A stretch of DNA of 51,529 nt from a virus, in the UHGV virus genome UHGV-1360036; one strand, given 5' to 3'. This document shows, piece after piece, positions 45,479 to 51,529 of this stretch (its first letter is position 1; every line of letters starts with the position of its first letter). Below the pieces are notes generated by a model. The model had not been told where the DNA came from. It worked only from the letters and a program-made list of their open reading frames with translations, and searched no databases. The position numbers and the translations under genes were made by a program.

Positions 45479-46474
45479 ATGGCACAGAAGTTTAGTTTGA
45501 AAAATGCAGAACAAGTAAGACAAACAACGACAATGCAGATGCAAAAAGACATAAAACAAATGTATGAGAATCTGTACCATGATGTTACAAAACAAATAGC
45601 AAGCATGGGTAATGGAAACATGCAAAAACAAAATCTTGTGTTATTAAAGCGGAGTATAACAAAAAGAATTGAACAACTAAACAAAGATATTAAAAGTGGA
45701 GTTGTTCGAAGTATGGAAACAGTATCAGAAGCAGTCGTATATGATACAAGAACATTTCTTAAATATTGCGGGTTTAAAGATTCAGACATACATGAAGCAT
45801 TTAAGTTTGTTCCAGACCAGATTGTTAGAAACATCATAACAGGGAATGTATATCAAGATAATTGGTCATTGAGTAAAGCAATATGGGGTTATAATAAACA
45901 AACACAGGAAAGTATAAATAAAATAATCTCAATAGGAACAGCAAAAGGAAAAAGCGCATATGAGATAGCATGTGATATTGAAAGTTATGTAGACCCAAAA
46001 GCAAGAAAGGCAAGTAAGGTAATCTATAGCACTAGAAAAGCAAGAATAACAGATGTAAACAGTGGCAGGGCGAACAAAGTCGGAGAAAAAATAAATGATA
46101 AATTTAGGTTTGGACATGTTGATTATAATGCACAAAGGTTGGCAAGAACATTAGTGTCACACGCATACCAACAGAGTTTTGAAGCAGTAAACAAAAATGA
46201 CCCTTTTGTTATTGGCTATAGATGGATAACAAGTAACTTTCATGGGAGAGTTTGTAGAATATGTGAGAACAGAGCTAAAGAAGATAAATATGGATTAGGA
46301 CAGGGAGTATATCCAAAAGATGCATTACCATTAGACCATCCTAACGGAATGTGTACATTTGAAGCTGTGATTCCCGATAGTATGTCAGATATAGCTAAGA
46401 AAATCGGAATGTGGTATAATTCACCAGTAGGAACGTTCCCGGATATTGATAGATATGCACTAGATTTTATGTAG
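45479..46474 (+). CDS. head morphogenesis / minor capsid protein (SPP1 gp7 / Mu F-like)
   Basis: Position after the portal gene. 331 aa. Confidence 0.6.
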   Translation: MAQKFSLKNAEQVRQTTTMQMQKDIKQMYENLYHDVTKQIASMGNGNMQKQNLVLLKRSITKRIEQLNKDIKSGVVRSMETVSEAVVYDTRTFLKYCGFKDSDIHEAFKFVPDQIVRNIITGNVYQDNWSLSKAIWGYNKQTQESINKIISIGTAKGKSAYEIACDIESYVDPKARKASKVIYSTRKARITDVNSGRANKVGEKINDKFRFGHVDYNAQRLARTLVSHAYQQSFEAVNKNDPFVIGYRWITSNFHGRVCRICENRAKEDKYGLGQGVYPKDALPLDHPNGMCTFEAVIPDSMSDIAKKIGMWYNSPVGTFPDIDRYALDFM

Positions 46475-46489
46475 AACAGGAGTGATAAT

Positions 46490-46903
46490 ATGGAAGTAAA
46501 AAGAGTATGTAACAAATGTGGAGAGGTAAACAGTTTGGATTCAAAGTCACTACTGAAAAAGGATGTATATGACGAAGATAAAAAACATTATGTTATTTTG
46601 TATTTTGAATGTGTAAGATGTAAAGAAATTGAAGTCGTTCAGATAGATGATAATGAGTCCATACAGACGTTCAAAGAGATTAAGGCACTATTTATCAAGG
46701 AAATGAGAAAACGTCTTAAAAAGGAAACTGTGAGTCCTAGAGAGGGAAAGAAAAAGGATAGACTTATAAAAAAACTTAATGAAAAAAGAAAGTTGCTCAA
46801 TGATGTTTCAAAAGGAAAAACTTTTTATGATGAAAATGGAAAAATATTTATAAAAGAGTTGACAATGTATACAAGAGGTGATATAATTGAAAGTGACATG
46901 TGA
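46490..46903 (+). CDS. zinc-ribbon + basic coiled-coil protein
   Basis: CNKCGEV...CVRCKEIE. Confidence 0.45.
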   Translation: MEVKRVCNKCGEVNSLDSKSLLKKDVYDEDKKHYVILYFECVRCKEIEVVQIDDNESIQTFKEIKALFIKEMRKRLKKETVSPREGKKKDRLIKKLNEKRKLLNDVSKGKTFYDENGKIFIKELTMYTRGDIIESDM

Positions 46904-47198
46904 TAAGTGTCAAATATCCTTTTATCCAATGATAAAGGAAGAAAACAAACAAGTTGGAAAACAAAACATAACAAGGACTTTTCTAGTATGTCCGAATTGT
47001 GGAAAACAATATGATTCTTATTATGATAATCAGAAAACATTGATTTTGAAAAAACAAATAAGAAAAGCAACAGCAAGTGCAAGTGTAGAAACAAATGAGA
47101 CAAACAAGGAGAGAATTCTAAAAGGTATTGAGAAAAAGAAAAAACAGTTAAAGAAAGAGGAAAGAATCTTACAAACATTATATAATAAAGGAGAATAG
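46887..47198 (+). CDS. zinc-ribbon + basic coiled-coil protein (tandem paralog-like)
   Basis: CDKCQIS...CPNCGKQ. Confidence 0.45.
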   Translation: MKVTCDKCQISFYPMIKEENKQVGKQNITRTFLVCPNCGKQYDSYYDNQKTLILKKQIRKATASASVETNETNKERILKGIEKKKKQLKKEERILQTLYNKGE

Positions 47199-47203
47199 AA
47201 CAA

Positions 47204-47854
47204 ATGGAAACAAATACAAACACAGATGTACAGAACAATGAGAATAACAATAATGAACAGCAGAACAATAACACAAATCAGCAGACAAGTACACAGCAGA
47301 ACAACAATGTTGATGTTGAAAAAGTAAAAGGTGATGCGATTGCCGAATATCTTAAATCTTTAGGAGTTGAAAATTCAGATTCATTGCAAGCGATTGTTAA
47401 GAAAGCAAAAGAAGATGAAGAAGCAAACAAAACTGATTTACAGAAAAAGGATGATGCATTAACAGCAACAACAAAAGAACTTGTTACAGAGCGTGAAGCA
47501 AGAGTTATTGCAGAAGCTAAATTGTCAGCTATTCAGTTAGGAGCAAAACCGGAGCTTGTGGATGATTTAGTTATTGTTGCAAAAGCAAAGGTAACAAAAG
47601 AAAAAGACATTAATGCTGTAATTGCAGAAATGAAAGACAGTACAAATGGAAAGATTTATTTTGCAACTGATGAAAATGAGAATGAAACAAACAAAAAGGG
47701 AACAGTAACACGTTCAAGAGTGAAGAAAACAACAGAGCAAAATAAACAGGGTACAAATGAAAATTCAAACAATGGAGATTCAAAGTATGCTGGAACAATG
47801 GCTGAAAGATTACTTGCTGGAAGAAAAGCAGTAAAGAGCCATTATTTTAAATAA
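47204..47854 (+). CDS. scaffolding protein
   Basis: Asn/Gln-rich N-terminus and a helical acidic body. Immediately upstream of the capsid gene. Confidence 0.65.
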   Translation: METNTNTDVQNNENNNNEQQNNNTNQQTSTQQNNNVDVEKVKGDAIAEYLKSLGVENSDSLQAIVKKAKEDEEANKTDLQKKDDALTATTKELVTEREARVIAEAKLSAIQLGAKPELVDDLVIVAKAKVTKEKDINAVIAEMKDSTNGKIYFATDENENETNKKGTVTRSRVKKTTEQNKQGTNENSNNGDSKYAGTMAERLLAGRKAVKSHYFK

Positions 47855-47869
47855 AGGAGGGTAAAACAA

Positions 47870-48265
47870 ATGTTAAATCAAACAGGAGTTAGAAAAGAAA
47901 CATATGGTAATACAAACCAAATTCTTTTTGCAGTAGAACATCAAGTTTCTATGGGTGTAGTAGTAAGTAAGGCACTTGGAGTTGCAGAGGGAACAAAGAA
48001 AGTTGTTAAAGCTGGAACACCACTTACAGGAAATCTTGATGCAAGAACAACAGCGTTCACAGCGGCAACAGCTGGTAGCTCTACAGAAGCGTCTGACGCA
48101 GTAGGAGTTCTTCTACATGACGTAGATGTTACAACAGGGGATGCAAACGGAACATTGCTTTTGTTTGGATTCGTAAACACAAACAGAATTGATGCAACAA
48201 CAAAAGCGAAACTTACAGATACAGTAAAGAAAGCAATGCCAATGATTAAATTCGTTGCTTGCTAA
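47870..48265 (+). CDS. head decoration / DUF2190-like small structural protein
   Basis: 131 aa, Ala/Thr/Gly-rich, between scaffold and major capsid protein. Confidence 0.45.
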   Translation: MLNQTGVRKETYGNTNQILFAVEHQVSMGVVVSKALGVAEGTKKVVKAGTPLTGNLDARTTAFTAATAGSSTEASDAVGVLLHDVDVTTGDANGTLLLFGFVNTNRIDATTKAKLTDTVKKAMPMIKFVAC

Positions 48266-48290
48266 TTAAGAAATAGGAGGAAAACAAAAC

Positions 48291-49325
48291 ATGACAATTT
48301 ATGACCTTATTATTAGTTCTGAAATTACATCATATTGGGAACTGTTACAACAGGACAGAGAGCCATATCTAGGAGAAGAGCTGTTCCCGAATGATAAGAA
48401 ACTCGGACTTACACTTAAATGGCTGAAAGGTTCTAATGGACTTCCAGTAGTTCTGAAAGCATCAGCGTTTGATGTACAGGCTATTCCAAGACCGAGAATT
48501 GGATTTGAGAAGTTAAGCGCAGATATGCCATTCTTCAAAGAGTCCAAGTGTATTGATGAAGAGTTAAGACAGGAACTTAACAAAATCATTGAGAGTGGAA
48601 ACCAAGCATACATTGATGCAATCGTAAACAGAATCTTTGCAGACGAGGTTGAACTTCTTGAGGGTGCTTCTGCACAGAGAGAGCGTATGAGAATGATGAT
48701 GCTCACAACAGGAACGATTTCTATGAAAGGAAATGGACAGGTTTATGAGTATGATTATGGTGTAGATGAAAGCCATAAAGTAACAGTAACAAAGAGTTGG
48801 AGTGACCCATCAGCAACAATTCTTGATGATATCAGAACAGGTATTACAAAAATCGTTGATGATACTGGTGTGACAGTTGAAAGAGCAATATGTTCTTCAA
48901 AGGTGTTCGGATATATCAGAGCAAATACAGAAATTAAGAAATCTATCTATGTTATGACGGATGGTGTTGGTTTTGTATCAGATGCAAAAGTTAAACAGTT
49001 CGTTAAAGATGAACTCGGAATTGATATTGTAGTATATGACAAACGATACAAAGATGAAGAGGGAGTAGTTCAGAGATATGTTCCAGAAGATGTTTTTGTT
49101 ATGTTCCCAACAGGAAAACTCGGAAACACATGGCTTGGTACAACACCGGAAGAATCAGACCTTATGTCAAGTAATGTTGCAAATGTTTCAATTACAGACA
49201 CAGGAGTTGCAGTTACAACAATGACAAAGGTTGACCCAGTAACCGTAGAAACAAAAGTTACAATGATTTGTTTACCAGATTTCCCAACAGCAGACCAAGT
49301 ATATATTCTTGATGTAGTAGCGTAA
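48291..49325 (+). CDS. major capsid protein (gpE-like family)
   Basis: 344 aa. LKWLKGSNGLPVVLKASAFD. Synteny after scaffold. Confidence 0.75.
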   Translation: MTIYDLIISSEITSYWELLQQDREPYLGEELFPNDKKLGLTLKWLKGSNGLPVVLKASAFDVQAIPRPRIGFEKLSADMPFFKESKCIDEELRQELNKIIESGNQAYIDAIVNRIFADEVELLEGASAQRERMRMMMLTTGTISMKGNGQVYEYDYGVDESHKVTVTKSWSDPSATILDDIRTGITKIVDDTGVTVERAICSSKVFGYIRANTEIKKSIYVMTDGVGFVSDAKVKQFVKDELGIDIVVYDKRYKDEEGVVQRYVPEDVFVMFPTGKLGNTWLGTTPEESDLMSSNVANVSITDTGVAVTTMTKVDPVTVETKVTMICLPDFPTADQVYILDVVA

Positions 49326-49338
49326 GGGAGGAATAAAC

Positions 49339-49641
49339 ATGGCAATGGTTAATATTATGAAAGGTGAGCATACTGTTAAGGTAAGTCGAAATTCGTATGA
49401 AACAATGTTCAAGAAGAATGGTTATGTTATTGTTGACGAAACAGAACAAAACATTGATGATATTGTAGAAGATGAACAGATTGAAGAAGATGATTCAGTT
49501 GATACAATTCCGATTTCTGAAATGAACAAAGAACAGCTTATGGAGTATGCAGAGAAATATAACATTGATACTTCAAAAGCTAAAAATGTAAGAGAAGCAA
49601 GACAAATTATTCAGAAAGCAATCCAGCAGAGTAAGATGTAA
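49339..49641 (+). CDS. hypothetical protein with C-terminal Rho_N-like motif
   Basis: EQLMEYAEKYNIDTSKAKNVREARQIIQKAI. Confidence 0.45.
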   Translation: MAMVNIMKGEHTVKVSRNSYETMFKKNGYVIVDETEQNIDDIVEDEQIEEDDSVDTIPISEMNKEQLMEYAEKYNIDTSKAKNVREARQIIQKAIQQSKM

Positions 49642-49662
49642 ACAAAAGTGGGAGGTGAGTAT

Positions 49663-49911
49663 ATGGATAATCTAGAACAGTTAAAATTCAACTTGAGAGA
49701 AAAACAAGCACCATATTTCGAAGTGGATGAATTACAATATCTATTAGAAAAAAATAACGGTGATGTTAGAAAAGCAAGCTATGATGGTTTAATAATCAAA
49801 GCAGAAGTAACAGGGTTGGATGTAAGTGGTTTAACCACGAAAGATAGTTCTAGTTATTTCAAGATGCTTGCATCCCACTTTGTTTCTGTAAACAGTGGGG
49901 TGCTAAGATGA
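49663..49911 (+). CDS. head-tail connector (gp6/gp15-like)
   Basis: RBS GGAGGTG then ATG 49663. Synteny. Confidence 0.55.
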   Translation: MDNLEQLKFNLREKQAPYFEVDELQYLLEKNNGDVRKASYDGLIIKAEVTGLDVSGLTTKDSSSYFKMLASHFVSVNSGVLR

Positions 49912-50288
49912 ATGAGAAAATGTTACAGATAGAACTAAACAAAGTAAAACGTGAGATAAAAACACATGGCAGAAGTTATGTTGTTAAAAGAACAGTATTA
50001 AACAACTATGGAGAAGATACCGACAAACAAGAGGAAGTTGTAGAAGTACAAGGATTGTTTCATACACAAAAGGGATATATAACAAAAAGCATTTCAGATG
50101 GTTCTAAAACACATTCAAAAGGACAGCCAAAATTAATGGTTGCATATGATGATTCTGTTTTAATAAAAAATGGAGATATAATACAAATAAATGAAAACAC
50201 TTATAAGATTATTGAGAAGAATAATATACAAGAGTTTAACATTGTTTGTGACATATCAATGGAGTTGGTGTTGAATGGGAACAATTAG
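49908..50288 (+). CDS. head closure / head-tail joining protein
   Basis: 126 aa. Synteny. Confidence 0.55.
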   Translation: MNEKMLQIELNKVKREIKTHGRSYVVKRTVLNNYGEDTDKQEEVVEVQGLFHTQKGYITKSISDGSKTHSKGQPKLMVAYDDSVLIKNGDIIQINENTYKIIEKNNIQEFNIVCDISMELVLNGNN

Positions 50289-50631
50289 AATTGACGCGAA
50301 ACAGTTGTTAGATAATTTAGAGAGAGCCGAAACAAAATCACAAGCTGCAATTAAAATGTTTGCGACAAGTGGTGCAAAAAAGTTTCAGAACTATGCTAAG
50401 AAGAACAGACCATGGACGGACAGAACAGGACATGCAAGACAAAGGCTAACAGGATGGGTTGAGCAAATAGGAAAAATGCGAACGAGAATATATATAGGTC
50501 ATGGAGTTGACTATGGTATATATTTAGAGTTATGTAATGAAAGAAGATTTGCTATTCTACAGCCAACTGTTAATGCATGTTCTAAGGAAGTTTTAGACGG
50601 TTATAAGGACTTATTGAGGTACATCAAATGA
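50275..50631 (+). CDS. HK97 gp10-like tail completion protein
   Basis: KKNRPWTDRTGHARQRL. Confidence 0.6.
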   Translation: MGTIRIDAKQLLDNLERAETKSQAAIKMFATSGAKKFQNYAKKNRPWTDRTGHARQRLTGWVEQIGKMRTRIYIGHGVDYGIYLELCNERRFAILQPTVNACSKEVLDGYKDLLRYIK

Positions 50632-50987
50632 AAAGTATTATAGAGCAAATTAGGGATGCTATAGCTGTAGATGGAACAGAAGTATACTATCCGTCACAGC
50701 ATAAAGGCGAATGTATAAAAGAATATGTTGTGGTAAAATCAGAAGGAACATATGAGCAACAATCAGTTTCAAGTGAAAGACCGCTATATACAATTATGTT
50801 ATATATTCCAGCGAATAGATATGGAAGAATTGAAAGTTTCATGTTTGAAACAAAACAAAAAATGAAAAAAGTATTTCCACTTGTTATGTATGTTGGAAAT
50901 GAAACAGCAAGTTTTTATGATGAAGATAAAAACGCACATATGGTATCATTTCAATACCAAGGCTGTAGAAAAATAGAAAGTTATTAG
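50628..50987 (+). CDS. tail terminator-like protein
   Basis: 119 aa immediately before the major tail protein gene. Confidence 0.5.
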   Translation: MKSIIEQIRDAIAVDGTEVYYPSQHKGECIKEYVVVKSEGTYEQQSVSSERPLYTIMLYIPANRYGRIESFMFETKQKMKKVFPLVMYVGNETASFYDEDKNAHMVSFQYQGCRKIESY

Positions 50988-51000
50988 GAGGAATTGAGCA

Positions 51001-51529
51001 ATGCCGAAAGCACAGAAAAAAGCAGTTGGAATCCCAACCATTGATGTTGCACTTGTAGTTGTAAGAGTTGGAATGGCTGATGGTGATGATTCTAATGCAA
51101 CAGAGATTGCGGTAGATACAGCAAATAAAATCGCAGTTGAACCGCAAACAGAAACAACGGATGCAATTAAACTTGTAAAACTCGGAAGATTGATTGCACA
51201 GAAGCCAGCAACTACTACAATTACCGGACATCAAATTACAATGACAGATAATGTATTCATTCCAGAACTTGTTAAGATTCTGCAAGGTGGAACAGTAAGT
51301 GGTACAGGGGATACATTAACATACACACCGCCAGTTGCAGGAAGTACAGACAAAGGACAAGTATTTGAACTCGATTGTTATTCTGCGCAATATGATGCAA
51401 GTGGTCAGATTGTTAGATATGAGAAAATCACATATCCTAACTGTCAAGGAACACCAGTTGCAATGAGTTCAGAGGATGATGTATTCCGTGTACCGGAGTA
51501 TACAATCAATTCAGCACCAAAAGAGGGAG
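51001..51529 (+). CDS. major tail protein, 5' part (continues at 1..107)
   Basis: RBS AGGAGG. No stop before the window end. In-frame continuation at the window start. Confidence 0.7.
   Translation, partial: MPKAQKKAVGIPTIDVALVVVRVGMADGDDSNATEIAVDTANKIAVEPQTETTDAIKLVKLGRLIAQKPATTTITGHQITMTDNVFIPELVKILQGGTVSGTGDTLTYTPPVAGSTDKGQVFELDCYSAQYDASGQIVRYEKITYPNCQGTPVAMSSEDDVFRVPEYTINSAPKEG

Noticed and set aside
1-51529. CRISPR arrays, integrase/attP, toxin-antitoxin or classic defence operons
   Set aside because: No repeat-spacer periodicity was seen. No tyrosine or serine recombinase motifs. No divergently transcribed repressor. Nothing matching known multi-gene defence architectures.

Overview
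This window looks like a complete, circularly closed (or terminally redundant) ~51.5 kb genome of a low-GC siphovirus-type tailed phage of a Firmicutes host. The host class is inferred from composition, AGGAGG-type ribosome-binding sites, an XhlA/holin/NlpC-P60 lysis cassette and Listeria-Bacteroides repeat domains. A major-tail-protein ORF runs in frame from 51001..51529 straight into 1..107, which is the evidence for closure. Every convincing gene is on the + strand, and no integrase or repressor module is visible. Gene order: tail genes (tail assembly chaperone, tape measure, Dit, Tal, fibers, ~1-8.1 kb); a sigma-region-4-like regulator; a terminator-flanked cluster of compositionally odd Gln/Asn-, Gly- and Cys-rich proteins (8.9-11.4 kb); an early/replication region driven by many near-consensus sigma-A promoters (11.5-32 kb); then TerS (32.4 kb), a ParB-like nuclease-domain protein, a putative glycosyltransferase, two tRNAs and TerL (36.7 kb); TerL is followed in the same promoter-to-terminator block by tail fiber and depolymerase genes and the lysis cassette (38-43.7 kb); after that come portal, head morphogenesis, scaffold, major capsid, connector and tail-completion genes (43.9-51.5 kb). 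The early/replication region contains primase, a gp32-like SSB, a DnaE-type polymerase, RecA-like, Cas4-like and RuvC-like proteins, RNase H, a Lar-like anti-restriction protein, a truncated HsdM-like protein and many small Cys-rich ORFs. The strongest single observation is that the DnaE-type polymerase gene is interrupted by an ~824-nt group-I-like intron carrying an HNH homing endonuclease. Other points: recurring acidic 'DDWD' plus Rho_N-like (helix-extension-helix) motif proteins, paralogous Cys-rich small proteins, a candidate G/GT frameshift, and a repeated hairpin that doubles as terminator and promoter. All functional calls rest on motif recognition by eye; no database search was possible.
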